Origin: Malacoraja senta
Lineage: Eukaryota
Direction of reading: 5' to 3'
NCBI GenBank assembly: GCA_038087875.1
Contig: JAXLNO010000306.1
Coordinates: 1-64,000 of the forward strand
Length of the DNA stretch: 64,000 nucleotides
The number at the start of each line of letters is the position of its first letter. The stretch's first letter is position 1. The notes beneath the pieces were generated by a model, which searched no databases, was not told where the DNA came from, and was given only the letters and a program-made list of their open reading frames with translations. Below are positions 39,160 through 52,599 of the stretch, piece by piece. Both the position numbers and the translations under genes were made by a program.

Positions 39160-39725
39160 GAAACATATAAAATTGGTGCAGGAGGAGGCCATTTGGCCCT
39201 TCAAGCAGCACCACCATTCAATATGGTCATGGGTGATCAACCAGAATCAGTACCCTGTTCCTGCTTTCTCCCATATCCCTTGATTTCGTTAACCCTAAGA
39301 GCTAACTCTCTCTTGAATACATTCAGTGAATTGGACTCCGCTGCCTTCTGTGGCAGAGAATTCCACAGATTCACAACACTCTGGGTGAAAAGGTTTTTCC
39401 CCATCTCAATCCTAAATGGCCTACCGCTTATTCGTAAACTGTGACCCCTGGTTCTGGATTCCCCCAACATTGAGAATATTTTTCCTGCATCTAGTCTGTC
39501 AAATCCTTATTAGTATTCTGTTTCTATCTGATAACCTCTCATCCTTCTGAATTCCAGTGAATATAAGCCCAGTCGATTCATTCTTTTATTATATGTCAGT
39601 CCTGCCATCCTGGGAATTAACCTGGTGAACTTTGCTGCACTCCTTCAATAGCAAGAATGTCCTTCTTCAAACTAGGCGACCAAGACTGCGTAAACTACTT
39701 CAGGTGCAGTCTCACCAGGGCCCTG
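39160..39725 (-). mobile_element. CR1-type LINE 3' fragment
   Basis: ESRTRGHSLRISGRPFRIEMGKNLFTQSVVNLWNSLP. Confidence 0.85.
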
Positions 39726-40055
39726 AAAACCGAATAGACTCCGGCATCAAGTATATGAGTTGAGAAATCAAACAAAATATTGGTTAGGCTGCACATGGAG
39801 TATTGTGTAGAGTTCTGGTCGCTCCACTACTAACGTTACTGTGCGGGGATCACTGGTTGGCGTGGGCCGAAGGGCCTGTTTCTGCAATGTATCTCTAAAC
39901 TAAAAAGGATGTGATGGCATCAAAAGTAGTGCAGAAGGGTTTTGCCAGGTTGTTGCCTGGAATAGAGGTCTTGTGTTATGTGAAGAGATTGGATAGGCTG
40001 CATTTGTTCTCACTAGAATGCAGGAGTGAAATAATGAGGGCTATAGATTGTGTCG

Positions 40056-40500
40056 GAAGGATCTGCAGATGCTGGTTTAAACCGAAGAAACACACAAAAA
40101 GCTGGAGTAACTCAGTGGGACAGGCAGCATCACTGGAGAGAAGGAATAGGTGATATTTTGGGTCGAGACCTTTTCGGGTTGAGTCCCTTCTTCAGGAAGG
40201 ATCTACAGATGCTGGTTTACACCGAAGACAGATGTAAAAAGCTGGAGTAACTCAGTGGGACAGGCAGCATCACTGGAGAGAAGGAATGGGTGACATTTCG
40301 GGTCGACAGCCTTCTTCAGGAAGGATTAACAGATGTTGGTTTACACTGAAGACAGACATAAAATGCTGGAGTATCTCAGCAGGACAGGCAGCATCTCTGG
40401 AAGGAAGGAATGAGTGATGTTTCTAAACAATATCCATTCCTTCTCTCCATAAATACTGCCTGCCCTGCAGAGTTACTCCAGCATTTAGTGTCTATCTTTG
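40056..40500 (-). repeat. Tandem trimer plus inverted copy of a ~125-bp Penelope terminal module
   Basis: Units start ggaaggatctgcagatgctgg-like at 40056, 40195 and 40319; inverted copy at ~40430-40500. Confidence 0.85.
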
Positions 40501-41027
40501 GGGTATAGATAGAATAGAGAGTAACTGTCTCTTTCCAGGGCAGTGGAGACTAGAACTGGAGGTTTAAGGTGATGGGAGAGAAATGTCAAGGGGATCTGAG
40601 CAGACGTCAGACTGGCAGTTAATGATGGATAGATTTTTGCTGAACAAAGATTCAGGCAACCATCTATGACCAATACAAATTAGTATTACATATTTGGTTT
40701 GTGTGTGCGTTGGGAGGGTGGTGGAGTGAATGATTTAATTATTAATTTCAACAATGTACATTTTAAAGGGAAAATAATGAGTTGCCGCTAGGATTTGGAC
40801 CCAAAGATGCAACTGCGATTCAAGGTCTGACAAAATATTAAAAAAATCTTCAGCAAATTATTCAAAATGACAATTCCTGTCACTGTGAATGACACACACC
40901 TATAGGGACAATGTTGGCGGGAAATCTGAAGAGAAAGTAAATTGCAGGTGAACTACAGTTTGTATTCTCTGTAGGACTCTGGCTGGGCACGGTTCAATTT
41001 AACTCGTTGACATGAGCTAAATGACAC

Positions 41028-41712
41028 TCCGGGAGCCGCCATCTTCGAGGAACGGCTGCTAAACAGCAGCCGTCCATCAAATTCACTGTTTCTTTAGTTT
41101 TAGTGTTTTTTATTTCTTTGTTTGTTTGGGGTTTTTTGACTTTTAATGTGGGGGGGTAAGGGGGAAACTATTTCTAAGTCCCTACCTGGTCGGTGAGGCA
41201 GCTTTTTCTCCAGGCTGCCTCATCGACCTGTCCTCGTGGCCTACCAGCGGGCATGGAGCGCCGTTTCCTGACGGGGACCGCCCAGCACCTTCAGCTTCGG
41301 TGGTGGCACAGCGCTGGAGCACTATCGGGGAGCGTAGCGGGCGATGCCTTGCCTGGGTCGCCGCGCTGGATCGACGCGCTGGAGCTCCGGTGAGCTGGAC
41401 CGCTGACTTCAACACCTCCGGGCTGCGGGACTGCGGAGCGACCAGCTGCGGGCGGCGGCGCCGACTCCAACATCAGGAGCCTCGTGGCTCCAAATCAGCG
41501 CGGCCCTGTCGGCTTCAGGTGCCACGGACTCCGCTGGGAAACCGGCCGTTCCAGCCGCTCCAAGGACTCTCCCAACAGCCAGGAACATCGGGCCTCCGTA
41601 GAGGCAACTGTGGAGGCCTCATTGGGCCTGACTCTGGGGAGAACTGGGTTGGGCACTGGACATTGTGTCTTCCCCCACAGTGGTGGTCATTGAGGGGGGA
41701 TGATTTTGTGTG

Positions 41713-41746
<34 letters not shown>

Positions 41747-42016
41747 CAGTCCGTGTACAAAATGGCGGTCGGAGGGGAGAGTGGACGCTGGCGCGAATTG
41801 GTCGCTGCTGCTCTCTCCTCAAATTGTGTTTCTTATTTTCTTTTTGGTGCTTTTGAAATTGAATTCTGTCCTTGATTTGTGTACTGTGGTGTTTTTTTAT
41901 TTTATTTATTCCGATTATGTGTTTTTTTCGTTTTGTTGTTCGTCTATGCATTGTAAGGTGTCCTTGGGTTTTAGAAAGGCGCCAGTAAATAAAATGATTA
42001 TTATTATTATTATTAT
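41028..42016 (+). mobile_element. CpG-rich non-autonomous LINE derivative with L2-like tail
   Basis: 5' gccgccatcttc; 3' tgtaaggtgtccttgggttttagaaaggcgccagtaaataaaatg(att)n; internal (TGTGCC)n at 41714-41746; no RT. Confidence 0.55.
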
Positions 42017-45000
42017 GAGTGGGCCTAGTAATTGCTTTGTCAATCTGGAGACCAACAACATTCTTGTTCAAATGTTTTGGGACCAGAGACGAGGGGCCGG
42101 CTGTGTATAGGGAAGAAGTCAGTGGGGTGGGAGACTGGCTCTGGAGGGTGGGTGGAGTTGGGGTGATGGGCGAGGGGGTGGGCGGTGCAAGTGGAAGAGG
42201 TGATGATAAAGGCAGTCTTTGTGGATTAATCACAAGCCAGGTTTACATCCGAGACGGAAAGACAGCAACTGGCTGATGGAAGGGAATCACAAGGCCAGGT
42301 GAGGAATGTTTTGTGAATATAATCTTTTAACAGGATGGCCAGTGTTCAGTTTACAAGTTGCTCTGTGATGCTTCTTGCCTACTCAGTCACGCGTCTAAAC
42401 ATTTTTCAGGTACTGATTAGAATTTGGAAATGTTATCAAAGTGGGTAAAGAAATGGGGTAAAATCTGTGGTCTGGTGCAGTTCCGGTGTCCACTAGAGAT
42501 GTAGTAATGATGCAAAGTTTAACTTGCATTTAACTGTAAATTGGAGCCCTTTCCCCTGTCTCAGTCTGAAGAATGGTCTCGACCTCAATCCTGTTTCCAG
42601 AGATGTTGTCTGACCCGCTGAGTTACTCCCGCTTCTTTTTGTCTATTTTGGGCCTAGGGAGTGATTGCTTTATCAATCGGGCTCTGCCCCGGCAACTAAA
42701 CCTTTGCCCGCATGTTTTGGGACCGGAGACAGGAGGGTGGGCACTGTGCTGTTGGTGTGTATTGGGAAGAAGTCCGTGGGGTGGGATGACTTGCTCTGGA
42801 GGGTGGGCAGAATTCTGCCATTGCCAGTCCCTGACTGTATCATTGGGCCGGGGGTTGGGGCGATGGGCGGGAAGTGGTGGTGCAAAGTACAAGAGTAATC
42901 ATAAGGATGAATCAAGCCTTTGTGGATTCAACACGAGACAGCAGCTGGCTGATGGAGGGGAAAGACAGGAAAAACAGGATGGCTCATGTTCAGTTTACAA
43001 GTTGCTCACAGATGACACTTGCTTTTGCAGAGATCTGCGTCTAAACATTCTTAAGATGCTCATTAGTATTTTGAAATTTAATCAAATGAAAAGAGGGGAA
43101 AATCTGTGGTCTGGTGCAGTTCAGGTGTGTTCTGTTGCAAAGTTTTGCTTGTATTTAACTGTAAGCTGGAACTGTAGGACTTCTTTGAATGAATTCTTTG
43201 AAAAGAGTGAAAACAATCTCATCACAAGGATTGGATTGCTGAAAGCAACACTGGTGTGCTTGACAGTTTATCTCTCTGAAGAAGTATAACTATCCACACT
43301 ACTTTTTATCAGTGGCATGACTGTGGTTCCCTGTATTTGTGTGAAACAAGCCGTTGACTTTCTGTCTACACAGGGCTTCAAGTAGTTCACCCATTTTTGG
43401 AAACATTGAATTTGTGCTGTTCTCTGACTTTTGTAGTTGACCATGAATCAATTGTTTCTGTTCCTTTGTAGAAACAAGAAACTGTAGATGCTGGTTAATT
43501 CACTAAAGGGGACAAAGTGCTGGAGTGAACCAGCAGGCCAGGCAGCATCTCTGGAGCACATGAGGTGTTGTTTTGGGTTGGGAACCTTCTTCAGTTCAGA
43601 CTGAGTTTCTCTAGCACATTGTGTCCTTTCCCTTCTGTTCCTTTGTTCACTGCTACGCTGTTACTCTATGTAGAGGGGAGAATGGGTTTGGAGAAAGGTA
43701 GTTCAGCCATTATTGAATGGCGGAGTGGTATTTGAAGGGCCGAATGGCCTGATTCTGCTCCTATAATGATGAACGTGCTGGGCCCTGGGCAATTACCTGT
43801 TGTGAATTGCATGTCAGGAAATGGATATTCCAAATGCTCGTATTTGCACGATTTGAAGCAACTGCAATCTTTTGCTTTTCTCCATCTTATTTTGTGACAG
43901 TTGATGATGCTTTGATTTTGGTGAACAAAGATTCATGTCACCATCAATGGTTGCCTTCAGTGTTTAGTGTTGATTATGAGGATTATGTGTGGTGCCTTTA
44001 CTAAGAGCTGTTTGGATTTAGACCCAAAGATTTTAATGACAAAAAGCTTTAAAAAGATACTTCAGTACAATTGTTCAATATCACAGCTGCCAGCACTCAA
44101 TGAACTCACAACTAGCAGGATAATGCAGGCTGGCAATCTGAACAGAAAGTAAGTTGTTTGTGAATTACAGTTCACATCTGTAGACATCAGCGCTAACGTA
44201 GGATGTCACACCTCTGCAATAATTTTAATGATCCAGTACCAACCTGATTTCCCCAATCTACATGCATTGAAATCCCCACATGCATATTGAAGTCATATTG
44301 CCTTGCTTACATGCCGATTATATCTCCTGATGTAACTTATACCCTACATCCTGGTTCCTGTTTGGAGGCCTGCATATAACTCCCATCAGGGTATTTTTTA
44401 TCCTTGCAGTTTCTTAACTCTACCCACAAAGATTCCTCATCTTCTGATCTTATGTCATCCCTTGCTAAGGATTGAATTCCATTTCTCTACCAGCAGAGCC
44501 ACCCCACTCTCTCTGCCCACCTGCCTGTCTTCTCAAAAGGATGTGTGTATCCTTGCATGTTTAGCTTGCAGCCTTGGACTTGTGGATCGACCAGCGAATT
44601 GACGCCAATGTCCTCGCCAGTCCGGCACTGAAGCAGGGTAATGTCAGCTGGCGATATGGCCAGAAAGTACATTGTAAATGAACTACCGTTCATATCCGTA
44701 GATATCACCGTTAACGTAGAATGTCACATGACTGCGGTAATTCTTCAGGTATTGATTGGAATTCAGAAAGCTAATCAAAGGAAAGGGGAGGGGAAGAAAT
44801 CCATGTTCCGGTTGCATCCTCTGTTCAGATATCCTGTTGCTTGCATCCATCTTTAAAATAACCCAAATTACATTCAATGAAGTCTATGGAAACAGAAAGT
44901 ATAATTGCAGTAGGAAGGGTCTCGAACCAAAACGTCACCCATTCCTTCTCTGCAGAGATGCTGCCTGTCCCGCTGAGTTACTCCAGCATTTTCTGTGTCT

Positions 45001-45489
45001 ATATTTGAACAATCTCTCCCTGAATGTGCCCCATTGAATCTTTTTCCTGCATTCTCCCCAAGTGGCAGATTTCATCCACTTTTGCCACCTCACCTCTGTC
45101 TTGTAATATTGCCGTCCTCCAATTTAGAGAGCCGACTCTGACACAATGCCAATTCAAACTCATTCATGATCACCACCACAAAAGCGCTCTCCCACCTATC
45201 CAGCCGAGACCAATCGTAGAACAGCATCTCCTCACAATGCCACCGACACCCACCCTCCCCCCTCCAACTCCCGCACGTGTCAGCAAACATCCATATAGCA
45301 CTGACTGACACGTACCTGAACTCAGCCACTCAATTGTCATGTGTACCAACAGCACAACGACAGTAAACACAGTACTCCTATAGAACGTCATCAACACCAA
45401 CAAATTGTAAACCCCAATCAATATTAGTGGGAAAAGCCCAAAGTCCGCAACAAAGACACTTCATAGTTTAGTTTGTTTTGTAATGTTCA

Positions 45490-45810
45490 TGAGCCTGATG
45501 GTTGTTGGGAAGAAACTGTTCTTGAAACTAGACGTCGAGGCTTTCAGACTCCTGTACCTTCTTGCTGATGGTACGTGTAAATGTGCATGGGGCCAAGGTG
45601 GTGGGGGTCCGTGATGATGCCTTTGAGGCAGTGCCTCCTGTAGATCCCTTCATTTGTGGAAGGGTCAGTACGTGTGCTGGACTGGGCAGTGTCCACCATT
45701 CCTTGTAATCTCCTTTGTTTCTAGGAGTTTGAGAAGCTGAACCAGCCCGTGATGCAACCAATCTACATGCTCTCGACCGCACACATGTAGAAGTATTCAT
45801 GGACATACTC
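45490..45810 (-). mobile_element. Degraded Rex1-type LINE 3' fragment
   Basis: Similar to 36660-36960 (gttcttgaac...ccttcttgctgatgg). Confidence 0.65.
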
Positions 45811-47910
45811 ATGTAGGATAGACTAGTGTACGGATGATTGCTACACAACATGGACTCGATGGGCCGACACGCCTGTTTCCATGCTTTATCTCAACTAAAC
45901 CATACCAAATCATGGAATGTTCAAAGTTTTTTAATGTTGTAAAGCAGGTGGGAACCGTGGACCTTAGTAATGAGGGGTTGAAGATGTCCATAAAATTCCA
46001 CAATATCTAGCTCCAGTGCCGTCAAACGCTCATCATATGTTAACCCACTTATTCCTGGCATCATTCTTGTAAACCTCCTCTGGACCCTCTGCAGAGCCAG
46101 TACATCCTTCCTCAGATATGGTGCCCAAAACTGCTCACAATGCTTCCAATGCGGCCTGACCAGCGCCTTCTAGAGTCTCAGCATTACATCCCTGTTTTTG
46201 TATTCTAGCCTCCTTGAAATATATTGCCCTTGCCAATGGGAGGGAGAGAGCGACAAGGGCTGGCTGTTACGTTTTGACCTCAAATTGGAGAATGAGAATC
46301 GCATGGGGCGAGCACAAATTGAAGGGTTTCAAACAAGAGTGAACCCTCTGAGGTGAGGCCTGCCTGGCTGCGTCTCACAAATACAGGCAAGGCAGCCTCT
46401 CCAAGGGAAGCACAGCCACTGAGCCATTGTAATCAAAGATCCTATAGCGAGCAAGATAGTCCACTCCTGCTAAACCCAATGGGCTGATTTGTAGTACGCT
46501 AGGGAGCGGAATGTGGGCCATTTCAGTAACCCGACCCGACTTTGTATATCCCTCTTACAGTGTAATCAGCGTTGCGGGGGAACAGTTTGTGTGTGATATA
46601 GGGTTAGATTCATAATTCATAATACTGTTCATTTTTGTTAAAGATAGATATGTTTATAAATTATGATTCTGTTAATTTTCTTTTAATGTTTTTTTAAACA
46701 TTTCTTTTTAAATGGCTCATGTGCTGTGTTTGAGTTGCTTTTATATTAACTTGCACTGTAATTCATTCATCTAATCACACTGTTCACAACTGCAGTATTT
46801 GGAAAAATAATAGCAAAATGAAGATTGCAGTTGCTCTACTCTTGGAATGTTCCTTTTTGGCGAACGTCTGAAAAATGACAACTGGGGTTTCCAACAGATC
46901 TTAATCACAAGTTGGATTTCCAGTATACAGGTTCTCAGACACGTCTGCCCACAACGGTGGTCAGCGTTGAACTAACGCGCGCAAGTGAAAACCGCGCAAA
47001 ACAAGCGGCCCCTCCTGAGTCACGTGACCGCGGCTTCCGAACGCCGGGTTCAACCTCTGCATACGCCAGCAGGCGCCGCTACACCTTCATGTTTTTTGTG
47101 TCTATGGAGTTGTTTCTCAACAATAAAATGGGTCTGGTCTTCCCAATAGCCAGAGAGTGGAATGAGATCTGTCTGTAATGGTGGGGTTATCTGAATGAAG
47201 TCTTTCACAAAATAAAATTTGTTTTGAACAAGATTTACAAATGATGTATAAGTTAAGGATGGTTTTATTCAGCGAGCATACAACTGATTAGATACACATA
47301 CACACACATATATATATGAATGTGATATAAATGTATATAATCATATAACACACATATATATTTCTCCAGATTTTTAATTCTAATGATAAACTTTATTTCG
47401 GCCTAGATAAGAGACAACATTAAATAAAAAAAACATTGTAAACCTTCCCGCAACTTCACCCTGGTGTCCCAGCCGTGCTGATCCGGGCCAGACTCCCCAC
47501 ACGCTGTGGAAGGAACATAGGCATCTTTTCGCTTTTACTGTGATTTATTTCTCTTTATAAAGCTGAATATCTGATAACGACACATTAGCGGTATATTACA
47601 CCTATATTGCACCAACCCACTCAATTTTAAATAATTAATAATAGAAATCCATTAACATGGTTAACACATTTCATTTCTGACATGCATGGTAAGATTTACA
47701 TAATTCACATTATTCTGTGCGCGAGATACACAGGGTTGCAGTATTCAGCATATCAGCTAACCAATGAAAGTGATGTACAATTCAACGTATGTAACACAAT
47801 GATAGCCCCACCCCTGCTTGCACCAAAGGGCACAATGTCCAACGTAGATACAATAATAAATAAATCGCCATTTGCATTGTTTTGTGCAGTTAACAAATCA
47901 CAATTTCACA

Positions 47911-50216
47911 CTATGTACATAAACGAGTGTATTTCATCAATATATAATTCAACAACATCATGTACTTATGTGCCACTTTTTGAACTTTCCTGCACTTCCT
48001 TTTAATGGTCAAGTCCTGCAGGTTTCTATTCTTAAATTTGAGTCCATAACGTATGTGGACACTCACAAAGATTGCTACAATTCGTGCCTTGATTCTCTGG
48101 CAGCACAAGTTCATGTCCTTGTATTCCTGAGTATTGTGTATTGCTGTATTTATTAGATGGGAAATGTTGTTCCTGCTCATGTTAACATTGTCAAATTCTG
48201 TGCGGAACACTTTCTCGCACACCCCACAGAACGTGAGAAAGTGTTCAGAAGGCACCATCAGGGAGCCGAAGTCATATGTCGATGTGTCATATACCTTATG
48301 GTGCATGAATATGAGGGAAGGATCAACTAAGGTGGTATCAGGTCGTAGCAGAACGTCTCTGCATGTGTGACATGTTGAGGTCAGTTCATGTGAGGTGAGG
48401 ATTCTACGAGAGATGTGGCCTGCGATGTAAGCCAGTGTATTCTCTTCAGGGAGATCAAGTGAAATGTTGCAAACTACATTGTTCTGTTGTGCCCTATTGG
48501 TATGGGAGAGAGATGGAGATGGTTTCTTGACTCTGTCCTTTGTCAGTGTTTGCAGTGTCAAGATAAATTTTGCATAGTCAGGGGAACGGTTTGCACTCAG
48601 AATTGATAAAGCCACTCAGAACTGGCTTTATCAGTTCAGCTACCATGACCATTCTAAAGCACAGCGAAACTCCTTCACTGATGGGTTTTCTCAGAATCCG
48701 CCCTTTCGCCGAATGGTGGAGAATAAATTCTCAATGACATCCTCATTAAGCCTGGATGTGAGCATGAAACGAGCGTCTGTATTTTCCTTTATGTGTTGCC
48801 ACAGCTGTGAAATACAAGAAATTGCAAGCCGCCATCCTTTGACAAACAATACATTGTTTGCTCCCAGCACATTGAATCTTTGCAGTACAGGCAAGCATGA
48901 TTCAAAGAATGATCAATGCGCAGAGTTTTCAGGCATGGGCCTCCTCAAAATTGTTTTGGCCTTGAGACACCTGCTGTTAAATGCATCAAACAGTCCGTCT
49001 ATCATTGCAATGAACTCCGCAGTATAAGCAGCCTCCCTCCCCAGACAGCTTCCAATAGATGAATAGGTTTACACGCCTGATGCTACCGAATGGCTGAGCA
49101 CCTGCGCTGCTTTGTTGACTCTCATTTTAGAGAAGCTGTTCAGAACAAAGTGGCCTCTGGTCAGTTTATGGACTTTTCTAATGTGCAACTGTGATTCAAT
49201 TTTAAAAATGCGCGAATATGTGCCCATTTGATACGTTTCTTTCTGCCATCCTCTCCAATGACCTCAAAAACATACTTCTCCAAATTTGATCTCGTGTTTT
49301 TTAGCATGTGTGGCGGGTCATGCAGGCAAAAGATCTTGGCTTCTCCGTGGATGAAGTAAGGATGATTTTCTGTGACACCCAAGTTGTTGTAGAGTCGAAC
49401 GTTGCTTGGGCCTTGGTCACAAACACGGCCTTAGGCTGTAGTCCACTTGCCTTAACCTTATGTAAGCATTCATTGAGTAATATTTGCCATTTGTCCACCC
49501 TTGTCCACTCTTGTGCAGTCTCACCACAGAATGTAACCTACAGGCTGTTTCCATTTCCCAAACAGGCCTCTAACCATGAAAACAAGAGCATGGTGGACAG
49601 GCTGTGACGTCTTCCCTAGCGATCCAAAGTCCTCAAAACCCTTGACCCTTCAGTAATATTGTACGAGAAGCCTGCACGTAGACTCATTTCATCAAAGGAG
49701 ACGATACATAATGTATCCCTCTCTGTGATTCCTGCTACCCTGTCCTTTAAAAGCTCCAAGGTTTCAGGGGGAAATCCCGGTCTTACTTCGACATTACGCA
49801 ACCATCTACGCAGGGATGAAATTGATGGAAGTGTGAACATGCACTGGCACAACTGATATGCTCGGGGACTCTGGTGGTAGAGGGACAAGGCAAGTACCTT
49901 GTCTGAATAATTCCATCGTCTTCCTCTTGCTCTTCTACGCCCTGACGCATTCCGCAATTGTGATGCAAAGAAAGACTTTGCTGGTTCTAGTAAAAATTCT
50001 TCTCCGATCAAGTCCCTAATTGCATTGCTTTCTGTAGTCCCTTTTTCGTTGATTTCATTCATCTGTTGCACCCTTTTCTTGAGGCTGGAAAGTACGCTGT
50101 ATTTCATTATTCCAGAGCTCTTCTGTGATTTACATCTGGTGTGAATTGAAGTCCATTCTCACGAATCTGGTCCACAACTAAGCAGTAAGAATGGTCGGCC
50201 TGTATGTTGTGTGACA
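47911..50216 (-). pseudogene. P transposase last exon (THAP9/P-type catalytic core), multiple frameshifts
   Basis: Acceptor ttttttttccttggcag, then DHSY; ALSLYHQSPRAY...LPSISSLRRW; FDEM; CDQGPSN (frameshifted); HDPPHMLKN; LTSRLNEDVIENLFSTIR; YIAGH...CxxC...GSLMVPS. Confidence 0.92.
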
Positions 50217-50865
50217 CTGCCAAGGAAAAAAAAAGTTAGAAAGGGGTTAAAAGAGGTATATAAATGAAATGGATTTAGCATATACATGTAAATAAATCAG
50301 CATCTACTGGTAATTCTCATTAATGTGATGCACCAATTTCAGGCTACAAAAATAGTAAGATTAAATGAGAACCTACCAGTTTGAAGTTTGATCTTTATTT
50401 TATGAATGGTTACGATGAGGGATTACGTGAAGAACCTGCCAGCCCGCATGCGCGTCAATCTTCAAAGCAGCGGTGTGAAATCACAGATAACGGTTGATGA
50501 ACTGAATATAGTAAGATTCGAGAAACTAGAACTACGAGCTGACCTTTATGAGAGAGGATTGGGAGCGGAGGGCACGTAATCCCTCATCGTAACTCCTCAT
50601 AAAATAATCAAACTTCAAACTGTTAAGTTCTCGTTTAATCTTACTATTTCACTTCGGAGTCACGTGAGTGACTACGTGAAGACTTCGAAGCTCTGTGATT
50701 TCATGCCGTGGACAAATGTCTAAGCCACGCAACTGTATAGGTTGACCAAGGATGAGAGATAAGTGCATTCAGACATGACAAATTTTTGAAAACATGCTGA
50801 TGATTTTAATGGACAAATCATAATAATAGTAAATCCTCTCATCCAGGGAAACTATGTAACAGAAC

Positions 50866-51780
50866 TTAAAACGGTGTTGGCAAAATCCCTGGTCTGGGGA
50901 AAGGTTTATTATAAAATGCCTGAAATGTACGTTCTCCTGACCATCCTTTGGTTGCTAGTATATGGTCTAGCGGGACGCCCATTGTCCTCGCTGCTGACGT
51001 TGATGCTGCCCTGGTGGAGTGAGATTTAAAATAATCAGTATTAACTCCTGCATATGTTAGGACCTGTTTCAGCCACCTGGAAATGGTCTGAACTGAAACC
51101 TTATTATGAGGTTTCTTAAAATTAACAAATAATGCTAGTTCCGAGCCCCTGAGGCTTTTAGTGACATTAATATAAAGTTGTAGGTGTGTTACCACACATA
51201 GCCGGATGTCCAAGGGGTAAGCCGCCAGAACACAGCTTGAGACCGGATGTACATGGTCTGCTTTGCTTAACTAGGTCATATACGTAGAACGTTATGCTAT
51301 TGGCAGATATGATCATTCTGTCCAGTCGGAGCTTGTGTAACGACTGGGCCCAGTTGCGCTTACACCAGCGCCATGAGCATCACTACTTTGTATGTGAGCT
51401 GGGCCAGGGACAGGGATGTTGCCGGTGCCCACCGGCGGAGCAGAGTTAATACTGTGCCTACATCCCATATTTCCGTATATCTGGGCCTGGGAGGTTTTGT
51501 GTTGAAGATGCCCTTCATGAACCTGGACACTAGAGGGTGTGACCCAACAAGTTGTTGTCCCAATCTTGGCCCCAGATATGCCGATAGTGCACTTCTGGCA
51601 CAGTTAATAGCACTATAACTCAAATTCTTTTCAAAAAATTGTTTGGAGAGAAACTCTAACACATCGGTTATGTGTGCTGAGTCATATGATATATTGGCTA
51701 GCGAACAGTACTCTTCCCACTTCCTAATATGGGAAACGTATTGTTTCTTCGTACTGTCTCTCCAGGCTGCAGTCAGTACA
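50866..51780 (-). pseudogene. DIRS tyrosine recombinase (frameshifted)
   Basis: INCARSALS, KSHSTRAAS, ILATKGWSGERTFQAFYNK. Confidence 0.9.
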
Positions 51781-52599
51781 TCTCATCGTGCGTTCAGGCA
51801 ATCCGAGCCCCAGGAAAGGTCTTCTCAGACTCTGTGAACCAATAATTTAATTTAGTCATGGAGAGGATGTTTTACCTCTCCCTCTGTTACAGGGTGGAAT
51901 GCAGACACTGGCCTTGGGGATGGCCATAAAAGGCTGATCATACCCCGAATAGAGAACCATGGCTATGTCGGCCAGCCTGGGTTTACCAGGAAGCCTGAGG
52001 CAGGTCTCGCCTGACCATAAGCAAGCATTGACTGATGAAGGCAGAACGGGGGGAATGCATAAAAGCACATCCTTCCCCAGGGTTGCGGGAGTACCTCCAC
52101 CTCCTCTGTCTATGGGCCTTGCATTCATGCAACATGCTTAGTAACTGGACACTTTTAGTCTGCACGCAGACAATCGATATCCGTTGTCCATACTGGTAAC
52201 CATATTATTGTATCCATTCTGATGTATCACTGAATTATCGTACCCCGGTGTCTAACATTATATTGAGTGTAACTGACAGGTAGGTAGGTGACATTCAGAT
52301 ATTCCTTGCAATTCATCAGTGTAAATAAGGTAGCCAATTAACATAGCATATGGCCTTAATTCACCCATGTAATTAACCATGAGCCACTGCTGTGGTGTTG
52401 TTAATTAAAGTTGAACATGCAGGTGATGCATATTCACGCAATTAGTCTTAAATCATAGCTTGCACCCATTAACTCTAGGTGGTTAGTACTTGTACCATAA
52501 AAGGAACTGGTGACTCCTGCATCTCTGTAATGCCAAATGTTTAAAATAGCTAATTCCCTAACTTGTGAGTGGTGCACACCCTATGTTCTAAAATAAACC

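Noticed and set aside
41182..41875. GC-rich ORFs as a host first exon (also 580-1192)
   Set aside because: Overlapping ORFs on both strands with no recognisable domain, bounded by retroelement-type tails.
42573..43289. 238-aa ORF
   Set aside because: Starts in a Penelope module and crosses a duplicated segment; no motif, and the ORF track shows no equivalent long ORF in the other copy.
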